NCBI GenBank assembly: GCA_964016885.1
Contig: OZ024745.1
Location: forward strand, 64,914,001 to 64,978,000
Source: Eledone cirrhosa
Taxonomy: Eukaryota
Direction: 5' to 3'
DNA length: 64,000 nt
Shown piece after piece: positions 13,801-27,830 of the stretch. Position 1 is the stretch's first letter; each line of letters opens with the position of its first letter. Under the pieces are notes generated by a model. The model was not told the origin of the DNA. It made no database searches and worked only from the letters and a program-made list of their open reading frames with translations. A program made the position numbers and the translations under genes.

Positions 13801-16800
13801 CATTTTTTATTTGGGGTATCCATTTTTTATTTGGGTGATCCATTTTTTAGTTGGGTGGTCCATTTTTTATTTGGGTGATCCATTTTTTATTTTGGGGATC
13901 CATTTTTTATTTGGGTGATCCATTTTTTATTTGGGGATCCATTTTTTATTTGGGTGATCCATTTTTTATTTGGGTGATCCATTTTTTATTTGGGGGATCC
14001 ATTTTTTATTTGGGTGATTCATTTTTTATTTTGGGGGTCCATTTTTTATTTGGGGGATCCATTTTTATTTGGGTGATCCATTTTTTATTTGGGGGATCCA
14101 TTTTTTATTTGGGTGATCCATTTTTTATTTGGGTTGATCCCTTTTTTATTTGGGGGATCCATTTTTTATTTGGGTGATCCATTTTTTATTTGGGGGATCC
14201 ATTTTTTATTTGGGTGATCCATTTTTTATTTGAGGGATCCATTTTATATTTGGGTGATCCATTTTTTATTTGGGGGATCCATTATTTATTTGGGTGATCC
14301 ATTTTTTATTTGGGTGATCCATTTTTTATTTGGGTGATCCATTTTTTATTTGGGTGATCCATTTTTTATTTGGGTGATACATTTTTTATTTGGGGGATCC
14401 ATTTTTTATTTGGGTGATCCATTTTTTATTTGGGTGATCCATTTTTTATTTGAGGGATCCATTTTATATTTGGGTGATCCATTTTTTATTTGGGTGATCC
14501 ATTTTTTATTTGGGGGATCCATTTTTTATTTGGGGGATCCATTTTTTATTTGGGGGATCCATTTTTTATCTGGGGGATCCATTTTTTATTTCGGGGATCC
14601 ATTTTTTATTTGGGTGATTCATTTTTTATTTGGGGGATCCATTTTTTATTTGGGTGATCCATTTTTTTAATTTGGGGGTCCATTTTTTATTTGGGTGATC
14701 CATTTTTTATTTGGGTGATCCATTTTTTAATTGGGTGATCCATTTTTATTTGGGTGATCCATTTTTTACTTGGGGGATCCATTTTTTATTTGGGTGATCC
14801 ATTTTTTATTTTGCTGATTCATTTTTTATTTGGGTGATCCATTTTTTATTTGGGGGATCCATTTTTTATTTGGGTGAACCATTTTTTATTTGGGGGATCC
14901 ATTTTTTATTTGGGTGATCCATTTTTTATTTGGGTGATCCATTTTTTATTTGGGGGATCCATTTTTTATTTGGGTGATCCATTTTTTATTTGGGTGATCC
15001 ATTTTTTATTTGGGGGATCCATTTTTTATTTGGGGGATCCATTTTTTATTTGGGTGATCCATTTTTTATTTCGGTGGTCCATTTTTTATTTGGGTGATCC
15101 ATTTTTTATTTGGGGGATCCATTTTTTATTTGGGTGATCCATTTTTTATTTGGGGATCCATTTTTTATTTGGGTGATCCATTTTTTATTTGGTTGATCCA
15201 TTTTTTATTTGGGGGATACATTTTTTATTTGGGTGATCCATTTTTTATTTGGGGGGACCATTTTTTATTTGGGGGATCCATTTTTATTTGGGTGATCCAT
15301 TTTTTATTTGGGGGATCCATTTTTTATTTGGGTGATCCCTTTTTTATTTGGGGGATCCATTTTTTATTTGGGTGATCCATTTTTTATTTGGGGGATCCAT
15401 TTTTTATTTGGGGGATTCATTTTTTATTTGGGTGATCCATTTTTTATTAGGGGGATCCATTTTTTATTTGGGTGATCCATTTTTATTTGGAGATCCATTT
15501 TTTATTTAGGTGATCCATTTTATAATTGGGTGATCCATTTTTATTTGGGGGATCCATTTTCTATTTGGAGGATCCATTATTTATTTGGGTGATCCATTTT
15601 TTATTTGGGTGATCCATTTGTTATTTGGGTGATCCATTTTTTATTTGGGTTGATCCCTTTTTTATTTGGGGGATCCATTTTTTATTTGGGTGATCCATTT
15701 TTTATTTTGGGGATCCATTTTTTATTTGGGTGATCCATTTTTTATTTGGGTGATCCATTTTTTATTTGGGGGATCCATTTTTTATTTGGGTGATCCATTT
15801 TTTATTTGGGTGATCCATTTTTTATTTGAGGGACCCATTTTATATTTGGGTGATCCATTTTTTATTTGGGTGATCCATTTTTTATTTGGGGGATCCATTT
15901 TTTATTTGGGGGATCCATCTTTTATTTGGGGGATCCATTTTTTATTTGGGGGATCCATTTTTTATTTCGGGGATCCATTTTTTATTTGGGTGATTCATTT
16001 TTTATTTGGGGGATCCATTTTTTATTTGGGTGATCCATTTTTTTTATTTGGGGGTCCATTTTTTATTTGGGTGATCCATTTTTTATTTGGGTGATCCATT
16101 TTTTAATTGGGTGATCCATTTTTATTTGGGTGATCCATTTTTTACTTGGGGGATCCATTTTTTATTTGGGTGATCCATTTTTTATTTTGCTGATTCATTT
16201 TTTATTTGGGTGATCCATTTTTTATTTGGAGGATCCATTTTTTATTTGGGTGAACCATTTTTTATTTGGGGAATTCATTTTTTATTTGGGTGATCCATTT
16301 TTTATTTGGGTGATCCATTTTTTATTTGGGGGATCCATGTTTTATTTGGGTGATCCATTTTTTATTTGGGTGATCCATTTTTTATTTGGGGGATCCATTT
16401 TTTATTTGGGGGGTCCATTTTTTATTTGGGTGATCCATTTTTATTTGGAGATCCATTTTGTATTTGGGTGATCCATTTTGTATTTGGGGGATCCATTTTT
16501 TAATTGGGTGATCAATTTTTTATTTGGGGGATCCATTTTTTATTTGGGGGATCCATTTTTTATTTGGGGGATCCATTGTTTATTTGGGTGATCCATTTTT
16601 TATTTGGGTGATCCATTTTTTATTTGGGGGATCCATTTTTTATTTGGGTGATCCATTTTTTATTTGGGTGATCCATTTTTTATTTGTGGGATCAATTTTT
16701 TATTTGGGTGATCCATTTTTTATTTGGGGGATCCTTTTTTTATTTGGGTGATCGATTTTTTATTTGGGTGATCCATTTTTTATTTGGGGGATCCATTTTT

Positions 16801-19800
16801 TATTTGGGTGATCCATTTTTTATTTGGGTGATACATTTTTTATTTGGGGGATCCATTTTTTATTTGGGTGATCCATTTTTTATTTGGGGGATCCATTTTT
16901 TATTTGGGGGATCCATTTTTTATTTGGGTGATCCATTTTTTATTTGGGTGATCCATTTTTTATTTGGGGGGATCCATTTTTTATTTGGGTGATCCATTTT
17001 TTATTTGGGGGATCCATTTTTTATTTGGGTGATCCATTTTTTATTTGGGGGATCCATTTTTTATTTGGGTGATCCATTTTTTATTTGGGTGATCCATTTT
17101 TTAATTGGGTGATCCATTTTTTATTTGGGGGATCCATTTTTTATTTGGGTGATCCATTTTTTAGTTGGGTGGTCCATTTTTTATTTGGGTGATCCATTTT
17201 TTATTTGGGGGATCCATTTTTTATTTGGGTGATCCATTTTTTATTTGGGGATCCATTTTTTATTTGGGTGATCCATTTTTTATTTGGGTGATCCATTTTT
17301 TATTTGGGGGATTCATTTTTTATTTGGGTGATTCATTTTTTATTTGGGGGGTCCATTTTTTATTTGGGGGATCCATTTTTATTTGGGTGATCCATTTTTT
17401 ATTTGGGGGATCCATTTTTTATTTGGGTGATCCATTTTTTATTTGGGTTGATCCCTTTTTTATTTGGGGGATCCATTTTTTATTTGGGTGATCCATTTTT
17501 TATTTGGAGGATCCACTTTTTATTTGGGTGATCCATTTTTTATTTGAGGGATCCATTTTATATTTGGGTGATCCATTTTTTATTTGGGGGATCCATTATT
17601 TATTTGGGTGATCCATTTTTTATTTGGGTGATCCATTTTTTATTTGGGTGATCCATTTTTTATTTGGGTGATCCATTTTTTATTTGGGTGATCCATTTTT
17701 TATTTGGGGGATCCATTTTTTATTTGGGTGATCCATTTTTTATTTGGGTGATCCATTTTTTATTTGGGGGATCCATTTTTTATTTGGGTGATCCATTTTT
17801 TATTTGGGTGATCCATTTTTTAATTGGGTGATCCATTTTTTATTTGGGGGATCCATTTTTTATTTGGGTGATCCATTTTTTAGTTGGGTGGTCCATTTTT
17901 TATTTGGGTGATCCATTTTTTATTTGGGGGATCCATTTTTTATTTGGGGATCCATTTTTTATTTGGGTGATCCATTTTTTATTTGGGTGATCCATTTTTT
18001 ATTTGGGGGATTCATTTTTTATTTGGGTGATTCATTTTTTATTTGGGGGGTCCATTTTTTATTTGGGGGATCCATTTTTATTTGGGTGATCCATTTTTTA
18101 TTTGGGGGATCCATTTTTTATTTGGGTGATCCATTTTTTATTTGGGTTGATCCCTTTTTTATTTGGGGGATCCATTTTTTATTTGGGTGATCCATTTTTT
18201 ATTTGGAGGATCCACTTTTTATTTGGGTGATCCATTTTTTATTTGAGGGATCCATTTTATATTTGGGTGATCCATTTTTTATTTGGGGGATCCATTATTT
18301 ATTTGGGTGATCCATTTTTTATTTGGGTGATCCATTTTTTATTTGGGTGATCCATTTTTTATTTGGGTGATCCATTTTTTATTTGGGTGATCCATTTTTT
18401 ATTTGGGGGATCCATTTTTTATTTGGGTGATCCATTTTTTATTTGGGTGATCCATTTTTTATTTGAGGGATCCATTTTATATTTGGGTGATCCATTTTTT
18501 ATTTGGGTGATCCATTTTTTATTTGGGGGATCCATTTTTTATTTGGGGGATCCATTTTTTATTTGGCGGATCCATTTTTTATTTGGGGGATCCATTTTTT
18601 ATTTCGGGGATCCATTTTTTATTTGGGTGATTCATTTTTTATTTGGGGGATCCATTTTTTATTTGGGTGATTCATTTTTTTTATTTGGGGGTCCATTTTT
18701 TATTTGGGTGATCCATTTTTTATTTGGGTGATCCATTTTTTAATTAGGTGATCCATCTTTATTTGGGTGATCCATTTTTTACTTGGGGGATCCATTTTTT
18801 ATTTGGGTGATCCATTTTTTATTTTGATGATTCATTTTTTATTTGGGTGATCCATTTTTTATTTGGGGGATCCATTTTTTATTTGGGTGAACCATTTTTT
18901 ATTTGGGGGATCCATCTTTTATTTGGGTGATCCATTTTTTATTTGGGTGATCCATTTTTTATTTGGGGGATCCATTTTTTATTTGGGTGATCCATTTTTT
19001 ATTTGGGTGATCCATTTTTTATTTGGGGGATCCATTTTTTATTTGGGGGATCCATTTTTTATTTGGGTGATCCATTTTTATTTGGAGATCCATTTTGTAT
19101 TTGGGGGATCCATTTTTTATTTGGGTGATCCATTTTTTATTTGGGTTGATCCCTTTTTTATTTGGGGGATCCATTTTTTATTTGGGTGATCCATTTTTTA
19201 TTTGGGTTGATCCCTTTTTTATTTGGGGGATCCATTTTTTATTTGGGTGATCCATTTTTTATTTGGGGGATCCATTTTTTATTTGGGTGATCCATTTTTT
19301 ATTTGAGGGATCCATTTTATATTTGGGTGATCCATTTTTTATTTGGGGGATCCATTATTTATTTGGGTGATCCATTTTTTATTTGGGTGATCCATTTTTT
19401 ATTTGGGTGATCCATTTTTTATTTGGGTGATCCATTTTTTATTTGGGGATCCATTTTTTATTTGGGTGATCCATTTTTTATTTGGGTGATCCATTTTTTA
19501 TTTGGGGGATCCATTTTTTATTTGGGTGATCCATTTTTTATTTGGGGGATCCATTTTTTATTTGAGTGATCCATTTTTTATTTGGGTTGATCCCTTTTTT
19601 ATTTGGGGGATCCATTTTTTATTTGGGTGATCCATTTTTTATTTGGGGGATCCATTTTTTATTTGGGGGATCCATTTTTTATTTGGTTGATCCATTTTTT
19701 ATTAGGGGGATCCATTTTTTATTTGGGTGATCCATTTTAATTTGGAGATCCATTTTTTGTTTAGGTGATCCATTTTATAATTGGGTGATCCATTTTTTAT

Positions 19801-22800
19801 TTGGGGGATCCATTTTTTATTTGGGGGATCCATTATTTATTTGGGTGATCCATTTTTTATTTGGGTGATCCATTTTTTATTTGGGTGATCCATTTTTTAT
19901 TTGGGTGATCCATTTTTTATTTGGGTGATCCATTTTTTATTTGGGGGATCCATTTTTTATTTGGGTGATCCATTTTTTATTTGGGTGATCCATTTTTTAT
20001 TTGAGGGATCCATTTTATATTTGGGTGATCCATTTTTTATATGGGTGATCCATTTTTTATTTGGGGGATCCATTTTTTATTTGGGGGATCCATTTTTTAT
20101 TTGGGGGATCCATTTTTTATTTGGGGGATCCATTTTTTATTTGGGGGATCCATTTTTTATTTCGGGGATCCATTTTTTATTTGGGTGATTCATTTTTTAT
20201 TTGGGGGATCCATTTTTTATTTGGGTGATCCATTTTTTTTATTTGGGGGTCCATTTTTTATTTGGGTGATCCATTTTTTATTTGGATGATCCATTTTTTA
20301 ATTGGGTGATCCATTTTTATTTGGGTGATTCATTTTTTACTTGGGGGATCCATTTTTTATTTGGGTGATCCATTTTTTATTTTGCTGATTCATTTTTTAT
20401 TTGGGTGATCCATTTTTTATTTGGGGGATCCATTTTTTATTTGGGTGAACCATTTTTTATTTGGGAGATCCATTTTTTATTTGGGTGATCCATTTTTTAT
20501 TTGGGTGATCCATTTTTTATTTGGGGGATCCATTTTTTACTTGGGTGATCCATTTTTTATTTGGGTGATCCATTTTTTATTTGGGGGATCCATTTTTTAT
20601 TTGGGGGATCCATTTTTTATTTGGGTGATCCATTTTTATTTGGAGATCCATTTTGTATTTGGGTGATCCATTTTTTAATTGGGTGATCCATTTTTTATTT
20701 GGGTGATCCATTTTTTATTTGGGGGATCCATTTTTTATTTGGGTGATCCATTTTTTATTTGGGTGGTCCATTTTTTATTTGGGTGATCCATTTTTTATTT
20801 GGGGGATCCATTTTTTATTTGGGTGATCCATTTTTTATTTGGGGATCCATTTTTTATTTGGGTGATCCATTTTTTATTTGGGTGATCCATTTTTTATTTG
20901 GGGGATCCATTTTTTATTTGGGTGATCCATTTTTTATTTGGGGGGGGTCCATTTTTTATTTGGGGGATCCATTTTTATTTGGGTGATCCATTTTTTATTT
21001 GGGGGATCCATTTTTTATTTGGGTGATCCCTTTTTTATTTGGGGGATCCATTTTTTATTTGGGTGATCCATTTTTTATTTGGGGGATCCATTTTTTATTT
21101 GGGGGATTCATTTTTTATTTGGGTGATCCATTTTTTATTAGGGGGATCCATTTTTTATTTGGGTGATCCATTTTTATTTGGAGATCCATTTTTTATTTAG
21201 GTGATCCATTTTATAATTGGGTGATCCATTTTTTATTTGGGGGATCCATTTTTTATTTGGGGGATCCATTATTTATTTGGGTGATCCATTTTTTATTTGG
21301 GTGATCCATTTTTTATTTGGGTGATCCATTTTTTATTTGGGTGATCCATTTTTTATTTGGGTGATCCATTTTTTATTTGGGGGATCCATTTTTTATTTGG
21401 GTGATCCATTTTTTATTTGGGGGATCCATTTTTTATTTGGGTGATCCATTTTTTATTTGGGGGATCCATTTTTTATTTCGGGGATCCATTTTTTATTTGG
21501 GTGATTCATTTTTTATTTGGGGGATCCATTTTTTATTTTGGGTGATCCATTTTTTATTAGGGGGATCCATTTTTTATTTGGGTGATCCATTTTTATTTGT
21601 AGATCCATTTTTTATTTGGGTGATCCATTTTTTAATTGGATGATCTATTTTTTATTTGGGGGATCCATTTTTTATTTGGGGGATCCATTATTTATTTGGG
21701 TGATCCATTTTTTATTTGGGTGATCCATTTTTTATTCGGGGGATCCATTTTTTATTTGGGTGATCCATTTTTTATTTGGGTGATCCATTTTTTAATTGGG
21801 GATCCATTTTTTATTTAGTTGATCCATTTTTTAATTGGGTGATGCATTTTTTATTTGGGGGATCCATTTTTTATTTGGGGGATCCATTTTTTATTTGGGG
21901 GATCCATTGTTTATTTGGGTGATCCATTTTTTATTTGGGTGATCCATTTTTTATTTGGGGGATCCATTTTGTATTTGGGTGATCCATTTTTTATTTGGGT
22001 GATCCATTTTTTATTTGGGTGATCCATTTTTTATTTGTGGGATCCATTTTTTATTTGGGTGATCCATTTTTTATTTGGGGGATCCTTTTTTTATTTGGGT
22101 GATCCATTTTTTATTTGGGTGATCCATTTTTTATTTGGGGGATCCATTTTTTATTTGGGTGATCCATTTTTTATTTGGGTGATCCATTTTTTATTTGGGG
22201 GATCCATTTTTTATTTGGGTGATCCATTTTTTATTTGGGGGATCCTTTTTTTATTTGGGTGATCCATTTTTTATTTGGGTGATCCATTTTTTATTTGGGG
22301 GATCCATTTTTTATTTGGGGGATCCATTTTTTATTTGGGTGATCCATTTTTTATATGGGTGATCCATTTTTTATTTGGGGGGATCCATTTTTAATTTGGG
22401 TGATCCATTTTTTATTTGGGGGATCCATTTTTTATTTGGGTGATCCATATTTTATTTGGGGGATCCATTTTTTATTTGGGTGATCCATTTTTTATTTGGG
22501 TGATCCATTTTTTAATTGGGTGATCCATTTTTTATTTGGGGTATCCATTTTTTATTTGGGTGATCCATTTTTTAGTTGGGTGGTCCATTTTTTATTTGGG
22601 TGATCCATTTTTTATTTTGGGGATCCATTTTTTATTTGGGTGATCCATTTTTTATTTGGGGATCCATTTTTTATTTGGGTGATCCATTTTTTATTTGGGT
22701 GATCCATTTTTTATTTGGGGGATCCATTTTTTATTTGGGTGATTCATTTTTTATTTGGGGGGTCCATTTTTTATTTGGGGGATCCATTTTTATTTGGGTG

Positions 22801-25800
22801 ATCCATTTTTTATTTGGGGGATCCATTTTTTATTTGGGTGATCCATTTTTTATTTGGGTTGATCCCTTTTTTATTTGGGGGATCCATTTTTTATTTGGGT
22901 GATCCATTTTTTATTTGGGGGATCCATTTTTTATTTGGGTGATCCATTTTTTATTTGAGGGATCCATTTTATATTTGGGTGATCCATTTTTTATTTGGGG
23001 GATCCATTATTTATTTGGGTGATCCATTTTTTATTTGGGTGATCCATTTTTTATTTGGGTGATCCATTTTTTATTTGGGTGATCCATTTTTTATTTGGGT
23101 GATACATTTTTTATTTGGGGGATCCATTTTTTATTTGGGTGATCCATTTTTTATTTGGGTGATCCATTTTTTATTTGAGGGATCCATTTTATATTTGGGT
23201 GATCCATTTTTTATTTGGGTGATCCATTTTTTATTTGGGGGATCCATTTTTTATTTGGGGGATCCATTTTTTATTTGGGGGATCCATTTTTTATCTGGGG
23301 GATCCATTTTTTATTTCGGGGATCCATTTTTTATTTGGGTGATTCATTTTTTATTTGGGGGATCCATTTTTTATTTGGGTGATCCATTTTTTTAATTTGG
23401 GGGTCCATTTTTTATTTGGGTGATCCATTTTTTATTTGGGTGATCCATTTTTTAATTGGGTGATCCATTTTTATTTGGGTGATCCATTTTTTACTTGGGG
23501 GATCCATTTTTTATTTGGGTGATCCATTTTTTATTTTGCTGATTCATTTTTTATTTGGGTGATCCATTTTTTATTTGGGGGATCCATTTTTTATTTGGGT
23601 GAACCATTTTTTATTTGGGGGATCCATTTTTTATTTGGGTGATCCATTTTTTATTTGGGTGATCCATTTTTTATTTGGGGGATCCATTTTTTATTTGGGT
23701 GATCCATTTTTTATTTGGGTGATCCATTTTTTATTTGGGGGATCCATTTTTTATTTGGGGGATCCATTTTTTATTTGGGTGATCCATTTTTTATTTCGGT
23801 GGTCCATTTTTTATTTGGGTGATCCATTTTTTATTTGGGGGATCCATTTTTTATTTGGGTGATCCATTTTTTATTTGGGGATCCATTTTTTATTTGGGTG
23901 ATCCATTTTTTATTTGGTTGATCCATTTTTTATTTGGGGGATACATTTTTTATTTGGGTGATCCATTTTTTATTTGGGGGGACCATTTTTTATTTGGGGG
24001 ATCCATTTTTATTTGGGTGATCCATTTTTTATTTGGGGGATCCATTTTTTATTTGGGTGATCCCTTTTTTATTTGGGGGATCCATTTTTTATTTGGGTGA
24101 TCCATTTTTTATTTGGGGGATCCATTTTTTATTTGGGGGATTCATTTTTTATTTGGGTGATCCATTTTTTATTAGGGGGATCCATTTTTTATTTGGGTGA
24201 TCCATTTTTATTTGGAGATCCATTTTTTATTTAGGTGATCCATTTTATAATTGGGTGATCCATTTTTATTTGGGGGATCCATTTTCTATTTGGAGGATCC
24301 ATTATTTATTTGGGTGATCCATTTTTTATTTGGGTGATCCATTTGTTATTTGGGTGATCCATTTTTTATTTGGGTTGATCCCTTTTTTATTTGGGGGATC
24401 CATTTTTTATTTGGGTGATCCATTTTTTATTTTGGGGATCCATTTTTTATTTGGGTGATCCATTTTTTATTTGGGTGATCCATTTTTTATTTGGGGGATC
24501 CATTTTTTATTTGGGTGATCCATTTTTTATTTGGGTGATCCATTTTTTATTTGAGGGACCCATTTTATATTTGGGTGATCCATTTTTTATTTGGGTGATC
24601 CATTTTTTATTTGGGGGATCCATTTTTTATTTGGGGGATCCATCTTTTATTTGGGGGATCCATTTTTTATTTGGGGGATCCATTTTTTATTTCGGGGATC
24701 CATTTTTTATTTGGGTGATTCATTTTTTATTTGGGGGATCCATTTTTTATTTGGGTGATCCATTTTTTTTATTTGGGGGTCCATTTTTTATTTGGGTGAT
24801 CCATTTTTTATTTGGGTGATCCATTTTTTAATTGGGTGATCCATTTTTATTTGGGTGATCCATTTTTTACTTGGGGGATCCATTTTTTATTTGGGTGATC
24901 CATTTTTTATTTTGCTGATTCATTTTTTATTTGGGTGATCCATTTTTTATTTGGAGGATCCATTTTTTATTTGGGTGAACCATTTTTTATTTGGGGGATT
25001 CATTTTTTATTTGGGTGATCCATTTTTTATTTGGGTGATCCATTTTTTATTTGGGGGATCCATGTTTTATTTGGGTGATCCATTTTTTATTTGGGTGATC
25101 CATTTTTTATTTGGGGGATCCATTTTTTATTTGGGGGGTCCATTTTTTATTTGGGTGATCCATTTTTATTTGGAGATCCATTTTGTATTTGGGTGATCCA
25201 TTTTGTATTTGGGGGATCCATTTTTTAATTGGGTGATCAATTTTTTATTTGGGGGATCCATTTTTTATTTGGGGGATCCATTTTTTATTTGGGGGATCCA
25301 TTGTTTATTTGGGTGATCCATTTTTTATTTGGGTGATCCATTTTTTATTTGGGGGATCCATTTTTTATTTGGGTGATCCATTTTTTATTTGGGTGATCCA
25401 TTTTTTATTTGTGGGATCAATTTTTTATTTGGGTGATCCATTTTTTATTTGGGGGATCCTTTTTTTATTTGGGTGATCGATTTTTTATTTGGGTGATCCA
25501 TTTTTTATTTGGGGGATCCATTTTTTATTTGGGTGATCCATTTTTTATTTGGGTGATACATTTTTTATTTGGGGGATCCATTTTTTATTTGGGTGATCCA
25601 TTTTTTATTTGGGGGATCCATTTTTTATTTGGGGGATCCATTTTTTATTTGGGTGATCCATTTTTTATTTGGGTGATCCATTTTTTATTTGGGGGGATCC
25701 ATTTTTTATTTGGGTGATCCATTTTTTATTTGGGGGATCCATTTTTTATTTGGGTGATCCATTTTTTATTTGGGGGATCCATTTTTTATTTGGGTGATCC

Positions 25801-27830
25801 ATTTTTTATTTGGGTGATCCATTTTTTAATTGGGTGATCCATTTTTTATTTGGGGGATCCATTTTTTATTTGGGTGATCCATTTTTTAGTTGGGTGGTCC
25901 ATTTTTTATTTGGGTGATCCATTTTTTATTTGGGGGATCCATTTTTTATTTGGGTGATCCATTTTTTATTTGGGGATCCATTTTTTATTTGGGTGATCCA
26001 TTTTTTATTTGGGTGATCCATTTTTTATTTGGGGGATTCATTTTTTATTTGGGTGATTCATTTTTTATTTGGGGGGTCCATTTTTTATTTGGGGGATCCA
26101 TTTTTATTTGGGTGATCCATTTTTTATTTGGGGGATCCATTTTTTATTTGGGTGATCCATTTTTTATTTGGGTTGATCCCTTTTTTATTTGGGGGATCCA
26201 TTTTTTATTTGGGTGATCCATTTTTTATTTGGAGGATCCACTTTTTATTTGGGTGATCCATTTTTTATTTGAGGGATCCATTTTATATTTGGGTGATCCA
26301 TTTTTTATTTGGGGGATCCATTATTTATTTGGGTGATCCATTTTTTATTTGGGTGATCCATTTTTTATTTGGGTGATCCATTTTTTATTTGGGTGATCCA
26401 TTTTTTATTTGGGTGATCCATTTTTTATTTGGGGGATCCATTTTTTATTTGGGTGATCCATTTTTTATTTGGGTGATCCATTTTTTATTTGGGGGATCCA
26501 TTTTTTATTTGGGTGATCCATTTTTTATTTGGGTGATCCATTTTTTAATTGGGTGATCCATTTTTTATTTGGGGGATCCATTTTTTATTTGGGTGATCCA
26601 TTTTTTAGTTGGGTGGTCCATTTTTTATTTGGGTGATCCATTTTTTATTTGGGGGATCCATTTTTTATTTGGGGATCCATTTTTTATTTGGGTGATCCAT
26701 TTTTTATTTGGGTGATCCATTTTTTATTTGGGGGATTCATTTTTTATTTGGGTGATTCATTTTTTATTTGGGGGGTCCATTTTTTATTTGGGGGATCCAT
26801 TTTTATTTGGGTGATCCATTTTTTATTTGGGGGATCCATTTTTTATTTGGGTGATCCATTTTTTATTTGGGTTGATCCCTTTTTTATTTGGGGGATCCAT
26901 TTTTTATTTGGGTGATCCATTTTTTATTTGGAGGATCCACTTTTTATTTGGGTGATCCATTTTTTATTTGAGGGATCCATTTTATATTTGGGTGATCCAT
27001 TTTTTATTTGGGGGATCCATTATTTATTTGGGTGATCCATTTTTTATTTGGGTGATCCATTTTTTATTTGGGTGATCCATTTTTTATTTGGGTGATCCAT
27101 TTTTTATTTGGGTGATCCATTTTTTATTTGGGGGATCCATTTTTTATTTGGGTGATCCATTTTTTATTTGGGTGATCCATTTTTTATTTGAGGGATCCAT
27201 TTTATATTTGGGTGATCCATTTTTTATTTGGGTGATCCATTTTTTATTTGGGGGATCCATTTTTTATTTGGGGGATCCATTTTTTATTTGGCGGATCCAT
27301 TTTTTATTTGGGGGATCCATTTTTTATTTCGGGGATCCATTTTTTATTTGGGTGATTCATTTTTTATTTGGGGGATCCATTTTTTATTTGGGTGATTCAT
27401 TTTTTTTATTTGGGGGTCCATTTTTTATTTGGGTGATCCATTTTTTATTTGGGTGATCCATTTTTTAATTAGGTGATCCATCTTTATTTGGGTGATCCAT
27501 TTTTTACTTGGGGGATCCATTTTTTATTTGGGTGATCCATTTTTTATTTTGATGATTCATTTTTTATTTGGGTGATCCATTTTTTATTTGGGGGATCCAT
27601 TTTTTATTTGGGTGAACCATTTTTTATTTGGGGGATCCATCTTTTATTTGGGTGATCCATTTTTTATTTGGGTGATCCATTTTTTATTTGGGGGATCCAT
27701 TTTTTATTTGGGTGATCCATTTTTTATTTGGGTGATCCATTTTTTATTTGGGGGATCCATTTTTTATTTGGGGGATCCATTTTTTATTTGGGTGATCCAT
27801 TTTTATTTGGAGATCCATTTTGTATTTGGG
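10880..27830 (+). repeat. Large higher-order tandem duplication, offset 8306 bp then 8725 bp
   Basis: TTTGAGTGATCC at 11258 and 19564 (+8306). GATCGA at 16751 and 25476, and TTTGGCGG at 18567 and 27292 (both +8725). ORF order is collinear from 11595..18863 to 19901..27588. Confidence 0.9.

Noticed and set aside
17380-17460. Compensating 19-bp and 21-bp monomers suggesting selection on phase
   Set aside because: The T5 monomer followed by GGGTTGATCCC recurs because it is one inherited cassette. Many duplication offsets (1313, 577, 1771, 8725) are not multiples of 20, so phase is not preserved.
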